NCBI GenBank assembly: GCA_050290185.1
Contig: JBNKHE010000004.1
Location: 32,001 to 96,000, forward strand
Direction: 5' to 3'
Source: Pontiella sp.
Lineage (GTDB): Bacteria; Verrucomicrobiota; Kiritimatiellia; Kiritimatiellales; Pontiellaceae
DNA length: 64,000 nt
Shown here: in pieces, positions 36,000 through 48,289 of the stretch
Layout: every line of letters begins with the position of its first letter
Position numbering within the stretch: the first letter of the stretch is position 1
Notes under the pieces: model-generated
Database searches by the model: none
The model's input: the letters and a program-made list of their open reading frames with translations, nothing else
What the model was told of the DNA's origin: nothing
Translations under genes and position numbers: made by a program

Positions 36000-36199
36000 G
36001 TCGTTGTCTCGAAATCATTACCGAGGAACCATGCCTGTTATTCCGCATAAAATATCACTCGACCGACAAACCGCAATTGTTCATCGGAAAAATAAGTCCG
36101 AAATCATCGCCGACCTGAGCAACAACGTTAACAGGTCGCTCCCGTTCGCCGGAGAGGGCTGTTTGACAACCCTATCCCCATTCTCGTTTCGTTTTCTGG

Positions 36200-36537
36200 A
36201 AACGGGATCAGTTCTATGACCTGCGCCTTTAGGCGGAATAGGCTGGCATTACTGCGCCTGCAACAAGCCTGGCGAAGTGGTAAACGATGTTTTCTTCGCC
36301 AGCCCATCCCCTGGGAACTTACCAACAGCACATTCTTGAATAGTTCGAGACTGTACCTACTTGCCCAAGATGAAACAAAGCAATTCCCCCCTTTGCTCAG
36401 GGATTAATAGGTTTAAAACGCCCCCTCCTCCTTGATTGCCGCTTCGCTGCCGTCGCTCTGCACCGGCCTCACTTCGTGTCTCAGCATCCTCTGTGATGAA
36501 CCTTTTGTGATTATGGTCGCAGCCTCGGTGCATGGAT
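36200..36537. repeat. Dispersed intergenic scaffold, copy 4 (next to intact esterase gene)
   Basis: Collinear with ~6927-7330; minus strand TTGTTT-N17-TACAGT. Confidence 0.85.
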
Positions 36538-38088
36538 TTATTTCGCCCAGGCCGCTCCTTCGGGAGTGCGGCGCCAGGCGAAGTATTCATCCATCACCTT
36601 GAGCGATGCCAGATCGGGAACCGGCCCGACATGCGGCGTTTGGCTGAAGTACATGACGGAGGGTGATTTTTCGCTGAACACCGGCCATTTTGAAACGCCT
36701 TTGCCGTTGGGATCGCCCCGCTTCGCGAAGTTGGTCCAGTAGGTGGCCATGGCCTCCGAAATCTTCAGGTCGGATTTTGTGGTGCGCGGATCCGAGGGGT
36801 TGAGATCCTGGAAGACAAAGCCCACGTCCATGCCGTGCGGAGACCCCTGCCCTGCTTGCGGAGAATCCTTGGGATAGTCGGGGTGCTGGTCAAAGTAATA
36901 GAGATAGACCTTTGATTTTCCGGTACGGGTCTGCAGGCGCGCCCACGACCAGGTATGCCAACCGAACACGGCATCGCGCATCAGGTCGCGCGTACTTTTC
37001 GGCAGCCGGCCCTTCCCGTCGCCGGCGGAATAGGCTGCGATCAGTTTATCCGCGAAGGGGCCGTAGCGCCTTTTGACATCGCCCATGTATTGCCCGGACG
37101 TATTGGGCGGCCAGAAACTCAAGCCTTCGTCGGAGTTGTAGCCGACCAGAACGTCCACATCGTTATAGTTGCCCGCGGCATACAGCTTGTATTGATCGTC
37201 GGGAATCACCCACCCATCAATCACGGGCCAGGAGGTGTCGTAGCCACGGCTGATAATTTTTTCAGCAGGAAGTTGCCGCATCTCGGCGAGAGAGGATGTG
37301 CCTAGACGTTTTTGGTAGGCCAGTCCATCCTGCTCGGCATCCTTCAGAAGCTTCATGTTTTCCCCCGGATACGTCGTGGGATAACGGTACGGGCCGAAGG
37401 AGCCGCCGCTCTGCGAGATGGCGCCACGAAACAGCCCTTTTGCCTGTGGCGAAGCACACAGCATGCTCACCGCAATACCTCCGGCCGACTCGCCGAAGAT
37501 GGTGACCTTTTTCGGATCGCCGCCAAACGCCGCGATGTTTTCCTGGATCCACTGCAGCCCGGCCATCATGTCGAGCAAACCATAGTTGCCCGAGACCTGA
37601 TGCGGGCTCTCGGCGCTGAGCTCCGGATGGGCAAGGAATCCCAGTTCGCCGACGCGATATCCAATACTCACTAGAACGACGCCCTTTTTTGCGAGATTTC
37701 CACCGCTGCATGCTGACGATCCCATGCTGAAAGCACCCCCGTGTATCCACACAAGCACGGGAAGCTTCTCCCTCGCGGATTTTGCCGGACTCCAGACATT
37801 GAGATAGAGGCAGTCCTCGCTCATTCCGGAACCCTTCCGGTCGCCCTGGATCGGCGCGGGGCCAAAGTGATCCGTCCGCCGCACGCCGTCCCACGGTTTT
37901 ACCGGCCGGGGCGCTTTCCAGCGGAGGTCGCCGACCGGCGGTGCGGCATAGGGAATGCCAAGATAGACCGCCAGCCTGTTTTCGAACGTACCCTGAACCC
38001 TGCCACCGGTTACCTTGACCGGCTCAGGTTTTTCCCCGGCATATACCGAGCACGAGATGAACAATGCCGCCAGTATGATTTGTTTCAT
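36538..38088 (-). CDS. Secreted carboxylesterase type B
   Basis: YLGIPYAAPPVGDLRW, SEDCLYLNVW, WIHGG, FGESAGG catalytic motif, HGMDV; ATG 38088 with signal peptide. Confidence 0.95.
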   Translation of the reverse strand: MKQIILAALFISCSVYAGEKPEPVKVTGGRVQGTFENRLAVYLGIPYAAPPVGDLRWKAPRPVKPWDGVRRTDHFGPAPIQGDRKGSGMSEDCLYLNVWSPAKSAREKLPVLVWIHGGAFSMGSSACSGGNLAKKGVVLVSIGYRVGELGFLAHPELSAESPHQVSGNYGLLDMMAGLQWIQENIAAFGGDPKKVTIFGESAGGIAVSMLCASPQAKGLFRGAISQSGGSFGPYRYPTTYPGENMKLLKDAEQDGLAYQKRLGTSSLAEMRQLPAEKIISRGYDTSWPVIDGWVIPDDQYKLYAAGNYNDVDVLVGYNSDEGLSFWPPNTSGQYMGDVKRRYGPFADKLIAAYSAGDGKGRLPKSTRDLMRDAVFGWHTWSWARLQTRTGKSKVYLYYFDQHPDYPKDSPQAGQGSPHGMDVGFVFQDLNPSDPRTTKSDLKISEAMATYWTNFAKRGDPNGKGVSKWPVFSEKSPSVMYFSQTPHVGPVPDLASLKVMDEYFAWRRTPEGAAWAK

Positions 38089-38141
38089 ATTCTTCCTCTG
38101 TTTGTACCCCTGAAGAGTCATTTTACCCTTATTCCCGATGT

Positions 38142-38582
38142 TCATTCCGGATTGCCCTCCCACCGACGCATGGAATCCGCGAGGCGGCCAAGATAGTCCT
38201 CCAGGTTCCGGGCCTCTGTTTCTTCGAAAGGGCTCATCAATGCGTCCTGCAACGGGATAAGTTGATTCGATAATCGATCCTGCATCCGGCGGCCTTCATC
38301 GGTCAGCGATACCTGCCGGGCCCGCCGGTCTTCCCCATGGGGTTTGCGGATCACCAGATTCCGGGCTTCAAGCAATCGTACCATGGCACTGATCGTATTG
38401 GCGTCAGACGTGGCCCGCTTCGTGAGTTCCTTCTGGGTAATCCCGTCTTCCTCGTTCAAAATGACCAGAAGCACATATTGATCGGCGGTGACCCCCGACC
38501 GACCCAGAACGGCCTGCGTGTGACGGTGCATCAGCATGTAGGCCGCGCGAAGTCCATGGGCTATCTCTCTACCGGTAGTCAT
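38142..38582 (-). CDS. MarR-family transcriptional regulator
   Basis: GVTADQY.LL...GITQKEL...LEARNLVIR...EDRRARQVSLTDEG. Confidence 0.92.
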   Translation of the reverse strand: MTTGREIAHGLRAAYMLMHRHTQAVLGRSGVTADQYVLLVILNEEDGITQKELTKRATSDANTISAMVRLLEARNLVIRKPHGEDRRARQVSLTDEGRRMQDRLSNQLIPLQDALMSPFEETEARNLEDYLGRLADSMRRWEGNPE

Positions 38583-38598
38583 CGTCTGAAACCCTTTA

Positions 38599-38614
38599 AT
38601 TACGTATACGTAAT
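38599..38614. promoter_or_regulatory. Perfect 16-bp palindrome, likely MarR operator
   Basis: ATTACGTATACGTAAT, 16 nt upstream of the marR ATG; TTGACG on the minus strand at 38640-38635. Confidence 0.7.
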
Positions 38615-38880
38615 AAATAGGTAACTACACAGCTCGTCAACAACTTTTAGGAATTCTTCCATCTGGAAGCGGACGTTTTATGCGAGGACCGATACTGCGA
38701 AGCCAGCACCTGAAGCTATGCCTCAATTCCGCACCTGCCCATGCGGACTTCCAGCCTGGAAAGCTGGCATTCTACCACTTGATTACTCCTGCTCAATGGA
38801 AGGTTTGATGCTGTATCCATAAATCCACCACGATTCAACTTTCTCTTTCATAAAACAGCATTGTGTGTACCCTTTTAAAC

Positions 38881-40851
<1,971 letters not shown>

Positions 40852-40905
40852 TGGAGGGATAGCGTCTCCGCTGTCCGTGGACGATGAGAACATCGTCCCT
40901 CCGGT

Positions 40906-41706
40906 TTATCCACGGGTGGCGCGTTTGAGCAGGTCGCGCTCGCGGGGCGTCAAAGCCCCCATCCCTTCCTTGCCGATCTTGTCGAGAATACGGTCGATCT
41001 CCTCCCTGGAAAGCGTTTCCTTACGCGGCGCGGATTGCGTGGAACCGACCTTCGGGCTGGATTGCTTGATCCTCAGCTTTCTCTTTACTTCGGTCATCAG
41101 GTGAGGATGTTTGAGGGCCATGGCATAGGAGAAGCCAGCGAGACCGCCGACAAGGTGTGCTGCGTTGGCAATGTGCCCATGAACGGGATTTGCCACGGTT
41201 TGGATCAGTTCCCAGCACGCGAATCCCAACACCAGTTTCCACGCCTTGATTGGAAAAAACGGCAGAAAAATCAGCACCACTTCCACCGTGGGATACAGCA
41301 CGGCAAAGGCGGCCAGGATTCCAAAAATGGCTCCGGAAGCACCGACGCACGCGGTTCCGGACGGCGACAACAGAGACCATCCCAGTCCACCGAGAATTCC
41401 GCTGAGATAGTACAGGATAAAGAAGCGGTAGCCACCGATGGTGCGCTCCACGGTTGGCCCGATAAAATACAGGCCCAGCATGTTCATCAGCAGGTGGCCG
41501 GCGTTGGCGTGCACGAACATATAGGTAAACAGATTTCCGATTGAATAGGTTTCCCACCACTTCGCCGGAAGCGCAAACCATTCTCTGAGCGGAACACCAA
41601 ACAAGACTTCGATCAGGAATACGGCAACGTTCACGATTAGCAGATATTTGACCGACGGTGTGATGGCCGCCATGCTGCCGATGTTTCTGGGCTGATGATT
41701 AAACAT
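40906..41706 (-). CDS. Rhomboid-family intramembrane serine protease
   Basis: TYMFVH...HLLMNM, VGASGAIFG, AHLVGG; C-terminal IDRILDKI...LT..ER tail; start 41706 inferred. Confidence 0.92.
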   Translation of the reverse strand: MFNHQPRNIGSMAAITPSVKYLLIVNVAVFLIEVLFGVPLREWFALPAKWWETYSIGNLFTYMFVHANAGHLLMNMLGLYFIGPTVERTIGGYRFFILYYLSGILGGLGWSLLSPSGTACVGASGAIFGILAAFAVLYPTVEVVLIFLPFFPIKAWKLVLGFACWELIQTVANPVHGHIANAAHLVGGLAGFSYAMALKHPHLMTEVKRKLRIKQSSPKVGSTQSAPRKETLSREEIDRILDKIGKEGMGALTPRERDLLKRATRG

Positions 41707-41874
41707 GCTTTCCTTTGGTTCTATGCAGGTATCTTCTTCGAACTTCGCGGGCCCTGTCGAGCAACCACTGGCGGAATTTCTGCAGCGATCCAAACAAGAA
41801 CCGCGCCATTCCCGCATAACAAGACCCAGGGACGGTGCGGTTCGTTGAAAAAATACGGCGCTTCTTTCCGGCGG

Positions 41875-44800
41875 CTAGAGACTGAGCAGTTCCTGCACAT
41901 CTTGCCAGGTCAGCTTCTGCATGACCTGCTCGTCGGTGGTCAGAGTGGCATCAATGATGTCTTTTTTGCGCGCCTGCATTGCGACCACCTTTTCCTCGAC
42001 CGTGCCCTTGGAAATCAGCTTGACGCTGTAGACGGTACGCTTCTGGCCAATCCGGTGCGCGCGGTCCGTAGCCTGGTCCTCGACAGCCGGGTTCCACCAC
42101 GGATCAAAATGGATAACCATGTCCGCACCGGTCAGATTCAGCCCCGTTCCACCGGCCTTCAGGCTCATGAGGAACACCGGAATAGTATGGTCCTTGTTGA
42201 ACTTGCGGACCACATCCTGACGATCCTTGGTACTGCCGTCGAGATAGCAGTATTTCAACGAGCGCTCTTCCATCTCCTTCCGCAGAATGCCCAGCATGGA
42301 GGTGAACTGGCTGAAGACCAGCACCCGGTGTTTACTGTCCAGGGCCTCGTTGAGGAGTTCGAAGAACAGCTCCATCTTGGCGGAAGGATGCTTGCTTTTG
42401 ATCCCTTCGAGCTTGAGCAGATCGATATGGTTGCAGGTCTGCCTCAGGCGCAGCAGGGTCTTGAGAATTTCCATGCGGCTCTTGTTGAAGCCTTCCTTCT
42501 CAACCATGTCGGCGATTCGCTGCTTCGAATCTTCCAACAGCTGGGTATAGACCTTGTGCTGGTCCTGCGTGAGCTTGCAGGGCGCAATGCGTTCGATCTT
42601 GGGCGGCAAATCCTTGGCAACCTGTTTCTTGAGACGGCGCAAAAGGAAGGGATGGAGCTTGCGACGCAGGTTCAACTGGGCATGCTCGCCATCCGGTCCC
42701 CCGTTCACAATCGGCAGTTCGTAGTATTCGTGGAAATTCTTGTGGTGGCCGAGATAGCCCGGCATCAGGAAGTCCATGATCGACCAAAGATCGGTCACAC
42801 CGTTTTCAATGGGCGTGCCGGTAAGTACCAGCCGATGGTCCGCCTTGAGCTTCTTGGCCGACAGCGCGTTTTGCGTGGCGCGGTTCTTGATGTGCTGTGC
42901 TTCGTCCAGAATCGCAATCGAATACGTATATTCCAGATGCTTCTCGATATCGCGGCGCATCAGCGCGTAGGACGTGATGACGAGATCGGCTTTATCAACA
43001 TTCTTCCACCGGCGACCCCGTTCGGGGCCATGCAGAATCAGCACCTTCAGATTTGGGGTAAACTTATTCGCCTCTTCTTTCCAGTTTTCGACGAGACTGG
43101 TCGGGCAGACGATAAGTGCGGGCTTGCCGCGGTGATCTTCATCAGAACGGCCCAACTGAATCCAGGCCAGCGTCTGCAGAGTTTTTCCCAACCCCATTTC
43201 GTCGGCAAGAATACCGCAGAGCCCCCGGTTCTCCAGAAAGCGCAACCAGTTCACGCCCTCGTGCTGATACGACCGCAGGGTTCCTTTAAGATCTTTGCTG
43301 AGCTCGACCGGAACAACCGATTCCTGACTGTTCGGTTGCTTTGCACGCTCCAGCCAGTCCGGCGTCGCAGCCACATCGACCCCATCCAACGCATCGATGG
43401 ATGACTGCACATAGCTGCTGTATATCGAACTTACGCGGAACGATCCGGGCTCTTCACCCGTTCCTACCGAACACTCTTCGAAAACCTTCTGTGCCTGCAA
43501 AATGGCATCGCCGTCCAGCAGGATGGTGCGCCCGTTGCGCTCAATAAACGACTCCCCTTTCATCAGGGCCTGTTGCACATCGCTATCGGAGATGCTGCCC
43601 GTTCCTACATCGTACTCGTAGCTGACATCGAAATAGTTGCCGGTTTCGGGCTCGTTGACCCGTACGATGGGGGTCACATACTCGGCTTTTTCCGCAAAAG
43701 GTCTAACACGCCCTTCCAGCTCCACGTCATAGCCCATGCGTCGCAGCTTCGGCACTCCGCTCCCCAGAAAGTTGAGCACTTCGCGTGGACCCACAATGTT
43801 GCGCAAGGTATCGCCAGCCCGGCCGACAAAACCGACCGCTTCGAGTTTTTCAACCCCCGCCTTCTCGTAGGCCATGTTGCGGATGCGGTAGCGCAGCAGA
43901 TCCTTCGGATCGGGAATCGCAAAATTTCCGCGCATATCGGCACGGCCGGCCACCAGTTCAATCTCGTCCGTGTAGCGGGCATACAGCGTCGCCGCCAGCG
44001 AAGCCGGACTCCCCCGGACGACCAGACGGAAATATACTTTTGCCGGCTTCATGTGGAACAGATCGGGCGTGATCGCGGTGCGAACCCGCATAATCTTTTC
44101 GATCTGCGGTAGCTCCGTCATGATGAAGGCCGGAACCGTCTCGCGGGGTATCCGTACTTCACCCCGGTAAACATCCTGGAATTTCTTTGGCACGATGGAG
44201 CTAAGCGGCCAGAACTGGTTGGCGGTGAATATCCAGCCGACCTCCCCTGCAACGGCATAGAAGGCAAAAAGTTCCGTCTGCTTGTCCGGAAGTTCCGTGG
44301 AAACCTTGAGCAGCAATTCGCCGGTTTCGCGGTCGAGATCCATCTCAAGAGCCGAGTCGAGCATGCCACCGTTGACCGCATACCCTTTTGCCTGTCCCTT
44401 TTGAAAAATGGATTTGCTGGAAAGCACCCGCAGTATGTTGAGGAAATTGGGTATGGAGAGTTGGATATCACTGGCGACCGGTCCGCCACTGATATCCTCC
44501 AAGACAGAAAGCATAATTTCGTCTTCGCGGGGAAAGGTAAACGGTACGTCGGTGGGGACGTCGGAGGCCGGCTTCCGGGTCTTCTCGTACTCGACCGAAA
44601 TATGCAATCCGACCCGCTCGGCCAACACCTGTTCCTGCCAGTTTTCAGCCAGTTCGACCACCAGATTGGCCTTAACCGCATTCTCGTCGGTTTTCTTGGC
44701 GCGTTTAATGAAGGTCTTGTCCGAGCCGCGTGCGATACGTTCTACGCGCTTCATATCCGCGATTGCCTGTTTATCGCGTGCAGGTTTTGACTGCTGACGC

Positions 44801-45078
44801 AACACTTCGAGGCCCATAGCCACCAGATGAGAGCAGATCAGCCCACGTTCCTGATTGTCGCGACACGGACAGTGATTCTCAACCAGACCGTTTTTAAGAA
44901 TTTCAAACTTACTGCGCATCCCACGCGGACCAAGGCTCAATTGGCCGGTTACAAATGGATGCTCATACGTCACTTTGTCAACGACACCGCGCTCAAACAA
45001 CGCCCGGCCGTCGCGAAACGCGCGCCACCCCGCCCAATCTTTGAGCTTTTTCTCGGTATATGGAATTCTTTCGCCCAT
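41875..45078 (-). CDS. SWIM-zinc-finger SNF2-family helicase
   Basis: CPC...ICSH; LRSYQHEG, LADEMGLGKT, LDEAQHIKN, LTGTPIEN, LVFSQF, GLNLT.AD, QATDRAHRIGQ. Confidence 0.95.
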   Translation of the reverse strand: MGERIPYTEKKLKDWAGWRAFRDGRALFERGVVDKVTYEHPFVTGQLSLGPRGMRSKFEILKNGLVENHCPCRDNQERGLICSHLVAMGLEVLRQQSKPARDKQAIADMKRVERIARGSDKTFIKRAKKTDENAVKANLVVELAENWQEQVLAERVGLHISVEYEKTRKPASDVPTDVPFTFPREDEIMLSVLEDISGGPVASDIQLSIPNFLNILRVLSSKSIFQKGQAKGYAVNGGMLDSALEMDLDRETGELLLKVSTELPDKQTELFAFYAVAGEVGWIFTANQFWPLSSIVPKKFQDVYRGEVRIPRETVPAFIMTELPQIEKIMRVRTAITPDLFHMKPAKVYFRLVVRGSPASLAATLYARYTDEIELVAGRADMRGNFAIPDPKDLLRYRIRNMAYEKAGVEKLEAVGFVGRAGDTLRNIVGPREVLNFLGSGVPKLRRMGYDVELEGRVRPFAEKAEYVTPIVRVNEPETGNYFDVSYEYDVGTGSISDSDVQQALMKGESFIERNGRTILLDGDAILQAQKVFEECSVGTGEEPGSFRVSSIYSSYVQSSIDALDGVDVAATPDWLERAKQPNSQESVVPVELSKDLKGTLRSYQHEGVNWLRFLENRGLCGILADEMGLGKTLQTLAWIQLGRSDEDHRGKPALIVCPTSLVENWKEEANKFTPNLKVLILHGPERGRRWKNVDKADLVITSYALMRRDIEKHLEYTYSIAILDEAQHIKNRATQNALSAKKLKADHRLVLTGTPIENGVTDLWSIMDFLMPGYLGHHKNFHEYYELPIVNGGPDGEHAQLNLRRKLHPFLLRRLKKQVAKDLPPKIERIAPCKLTQDQHKVYTQLLEDSKQRIADMVEKEGFNKSRMEILKTLLRLRQTCNHIDLLKLEGIKSKHPSAKMELFFELLNEALDSKHRVLVFSQFTSMLGILRKEMEERSLKYCYLDGSTKDRQDVVRKFNKDHTIPVFLMSLKAGGTGLNLTGADMVIHFDPWWNPAVEDQATDRAHRIGQKRTVYSVKLISKGTVEEKVVAMQARKKDIIDATLTTDEQVMQKLTWQDVQELLSL

Positions 45079-45293
45079 TTGTTGTCTTTATCCTGCCTAA
45101 TCGAAAATAGGCTCCATTCTCCCCAAATCAGCGACGAAAGCTACAAAAAATTAGGTGTATTACCATCATTTTCATCGAAAAACCTGCTTTATGCATAAAT
45201 CATTCAGCTTTCCTGACAAAATTGGTTCTAACTTGATATTGACGGAGAGAAAGGCCGGGCACATTATGCGCGCCTTTCAATCGAGGAAGACCC

Positions 45294-45647
45294 ATGCAGC
45301 GGATCATGAAAAAATCGAAAATACACACAGCAACCATCACGGGGCTGGAGTTGTATTACGAAGGTAGCGTCACGATTGATCGTGACCTGCTTGAAATGGC
45401 CGATATGCTGCCGGGCGAACAGGTTCAGATCGTCAACCTCAACAATGGCCAGCGGTTTGTCACCTATACGATTCCCGGCGAACGCGGAACCGGTGCCATT
45501 GAGCTCAACGGCCCCGCTGCCCGGCTCGCCGCCGTCGGCGACAAGGTCATCATCATTTCCTACGGCAACTATGAAGACGCCGAAGCCAAGGTGCTTGAAC
45601 CGATTGTTGTCTTCGTTGACGAAAACAACCGGCCTGTCCGGAAATGA
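45294..45647 (+). CDS. panD: Aspartate 1-decarboxylase
   Basis: KSKIH.ATIT...YEGSVTID (G-S cleavage site), [14 protein letters not shown]...GD.VII. Confidence 0.96.
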   Translation: MQRIMKKSKIHTATITGLELYYEGSVTIDRDLLEMADMLPGEQVQIVNLNNGQRFVTYTIPGERGTGAIELNGPAARLAAVGDKVIIISYGNYEDAEAKVLEPIVVFVDENNRPVRK

Positions 45648-46789
45648 CCGAATACCTGTACCAAAAGACCAACCAGTACTTCGGACAGCTCGCCTCCGGT
45701 GCGGAAAAATGCGGCGAAGCCGAACTCAGGGAACTCGGGGCAACCCAGATCAAGGCCGGCTATCTCGGCTGCTACTTCTGCGCCGACCCACGAACCATCT
45801 ACAACATTGTCTACCGCACCCGCATCTTTTCCCGCATCCTTGCTCCGCTGATCGCCTTCGACTGCCATTCGGAAAAATACCTATACAAAACCGCACAGCA
45901 GATCGACTGGTCCGGTTTCCTCACGCTCACCAAAACATTTGCCATCACTTCGAATGTGGCCGACAGCAACATCCGTAACTCCCAGTATGCCGGGCAGATT
46001 CTCAAGGATGCCATCGTCGACCAGTTCCGCGACAAAACCGGCGCACGCCCGAACGTCGACACCCGCAACCCGGATCTGCAGCTCAACCTCTATATCCACC
46101 AGAACAAGGCGCGCATCAGCGTCGATCTCGGCGGCGGATCGCTGCATAAGCGCGGCTATCGCGAACAGTCCGTCGAGGCACCCATGCAGGAAACCCTCGC
46201 CGCCGCCATCATTCGCCTCACCGGCTGGAACGGCGAACGCCCGCTCTATGATCCCTTCTGCGGCTCCGGCACCCTGCTATGCGAAGCCTTCATGAAAGCC
46301 GGCAACATTCCCGCCGCCTATCTGCGCCATAAATTCGGATTCCTGCGCCTGCCCGATTTCGACGCAACCGTTTGGAACCAGATCAAGACCCAGGCCAACA
46401 ACGAAACCGTCAACATACCGGACGGTTTGATCAAGGGAAGCGATATCAGCGCCGATGCCGTGAAGTCCGTTCGCGCCAACCGCGACACCCTGCCGGAGAT
46501 TGGAACCATCAAAGTCCGGCGCTCCGACTTTCATGATCTGGAAGGATTCAGCAATACCACCCTCGTCACCAACCCGCCCTACGGCATCCGGCTCGGCGAC
46601 TCCGAAGGCGTTGCGATTCTGCTGAAAGAGTTCGGCGACTTCCTCAAACAGAAATGCACCGGCTCCACCGCATTCATTTACTACGGCGACCAGGCATTGG
46701 CGAAAAAACTCGGCCTTAAACCCGAATGGAAGCAACTCCTCCGCGCCGGCGGCCTCGACGGCATACTCTGCAAATATGAGTTGTATTAA
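45644..46789 (+). CDS. rlmL: THUMP-domain rRNA m2G methyltransferase (RlmL-like)
   Basis: THUMP region, SLHKRGYR...[24 protein letters not shown]. Confidence 0.85.
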   Translation: MTEYLYQKTNQYFGQLASGAEKCGEAELRELGATQIKAGYLGCYFCADPRTIYNIVYRTRIFSRILAPLIAFDCHSEKYLYKTAQQIDWSGFLTLTKTFAITSNVADSNIRNSQYAGQILKDAIVDQFRDKTGARPNVDTRNPDLQLNLYIHQNKARISVDLGGGSLHKRGYREQSVEAPMQETLAAAIIRLTGWNGERPLYDPFCGSGTLLCEAFMKAGNIPAAYLRHKFGFLRLPDFDATVWNQIKTQANNETVNIPDGLIKGSDISADAVKSVRANRDTLPEIGTIKVRRSDFHDLEGFSNTTLVTNPPYGIRLGDSEGVAILLKEFGDFLKQKCTGSTAFIYYGDQALAKKLGLKPEWKQLLRAGGLDGILCKYELY

Positions 46790-47400
46790 GGAAGCTTGGT
46801 CGCCCCTCCTTCAGGCGGCCAGCTCTTAGGACACGAAATAATCAGAACTTCTCTGCCCATGTGCGCACGCCCCGCGATCTCGATACACTGCTGCACCAAC
46901 CGTTCACGGCGCGGCAACACAAAGTCGTGAAGCACTTTCAACAACACCATGATCAGGATGTAGACAACGACCGCGAGCAGCACAGACGCACAAGCTATTT
47001 CAGGACTACTTCGCTTCCCGAGGATAACGCTGGCATTGATCGTTCCCGGTCCGATGAGCCCAGGTATCGCAATGGCGCCGGTCAACTGATCCGATTCGCC
47101 CCGTAAAATCTCGATGGCCGTTGGTCCATGGAAAACAAACTGGATACCGATCAGCAGAAAGACAATTCCGCCAAAAATCTGGAACGAGGCAAACTCGGCC
47201 CGGACCAGATCGGAAAAGATCGCATCGCCCGCCACCGCAAACACACAGAAAACACCGGCGGAAATTCCACCGGCGCCCACCATTACACATAAAAACTTTC
47301 GCCGGTCGAGTTTTTGCACCACGTCGATCAAGTAGATGATCACCAAAAAAGGATTGAGCAGAACCAGCAGCAAGGCGGATGATGTAAGGAATTCGGTCAT
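46786..47400 (-). CDS. MarC-family membrane protein, possibly C-terminally truncated
   Basis: LLNPF...FQIFGGIVFLLIG...AIP..IGPG; after IEIAGR the expected last hydrophobic helix is replaced by hydrophilic sequence. Confidence 0.75.
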   Translation of the reverse strand: MTEFLTSSALLLVLLNPFLVIIYLIDVVQKLDRRKFLCVMVGAGGISAGVFCVFAVAGDAIFSDLVRAEFASFQIFGGIVFLLIGIQFVFHGPTAIEILRGESDQLTGAIAIPGLIGPGTINASVILGKRSSPEIACASVLLAVVVYILIMVLLKVLHDFVLPRRERLVQQCIEIAGRAHMGREVLIISCPKSWPPEGGATKLP

Positions 47401-47796
47401 AGTCTTCGTTTCAGGGTTCCGGTTGCACTGCAATCTTAGTAACCCGATCCAATAGTTCGATCAAGGAACCATCCCAAAAAGCCGGAACGCAAGAACGGAG
47501 AATAATAACTGCCGTCATCTACACCAGCGACCAATTCGCGGATAAAAACCCCGGATTGAAACACTCTGGGAAACCACCATTTCACGTCATCAGACTCAAT
47601 GGCCAGCTCTGCATATACGAACTATGACAACAGATCGCACCCACCAAATTCTCAAAAACGGCAATCTAGTTAACTACTTTATAATATTCTCAATACGCAA
47701 TATTTATTATTACATCGATCAATATATATACAGATATATAGGCATTTTAATCATTGGACTGGCACAAAGTTATTTCAGCTCAACATTCTATTGCTA

Positions 47797-47812
47797 TGGT
47801 ACACATTTTGCT
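47797..47812 (+). promoter_or_regulatory. Sigma54 (RpoN) -24/-12 promoter
   Basis: TGGTAC-ACATT-TTGCT (GG-N10-GC) ~50 nt upstream of ATG 47861, preceded by a very AT-rich tract. Confidence 0.7.
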
Positions 47813-47860
47813 AACATCTATTGCTTTGTCACCTTTTAACTTATTAATTCTGTTTTTATT

Positions 47861-48280
47861 ATGCATGTTTTTAATTTTCTTTTTGCGGCGAATAAAAAAG
47901 GCTCGACCATCGTCGAAGCTATGGTTGGCATTACGATTCTTGCCATTGGTATTGCTGGAGCGAGCCGGTTAGCGGTATCAACCTCCCGTCTCGCCGACTT
48001 GGCGAATGCCCGGCAGACCGCTGTTCAATTGGCAAAAAACAGGATCGAGCGGATGTCCATGGCCAGCTTTGATGACCTTTCGCAATGGGCCGTTGACGAC
48101 ATGGTGATCGATCCTTCTGGACAGCCCGATGACAACGGGGGCTTCAAACTGTCGACCACCATCACCTACCCGGCAACCAATCTAGCGGAGATTGCCATCG
48201 ACGTCTGGGTCCGGAACCGGAACACCCTCTCATTCGATCTTCCCCCGGAACAGGTCACTACCTTTCTAACCACGATGTAG
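47861..48280 (+). CDS. Prepilin-type N-terminal protein (PilV-like minor pilin)
   Basis: KKG|STIVEAMVGITILAIG class III signal with Glu5. Confidence 0.8.
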   Translation: MHVFNFLFAANKKGSTIVEAMVGITILAIGIAGASRLAVSTSRLADLANARQTAVQLAKNRIERMSMASFDDLSQWAVDDMVIDPSGQPDDNGGFKLSTTITYPATNLAEIAIDVWVRNRNTLSFDLPPEQVTTFLTTM

Positions 48281-48289
48281 ACTATCGCC

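Noticed and set aside
41695..43404. 569-aa plus-strand ORF
   Set aside because: Antisense shadow of the SNF2 gene, expected from GC-rich codon bias; no recognisable motifs.
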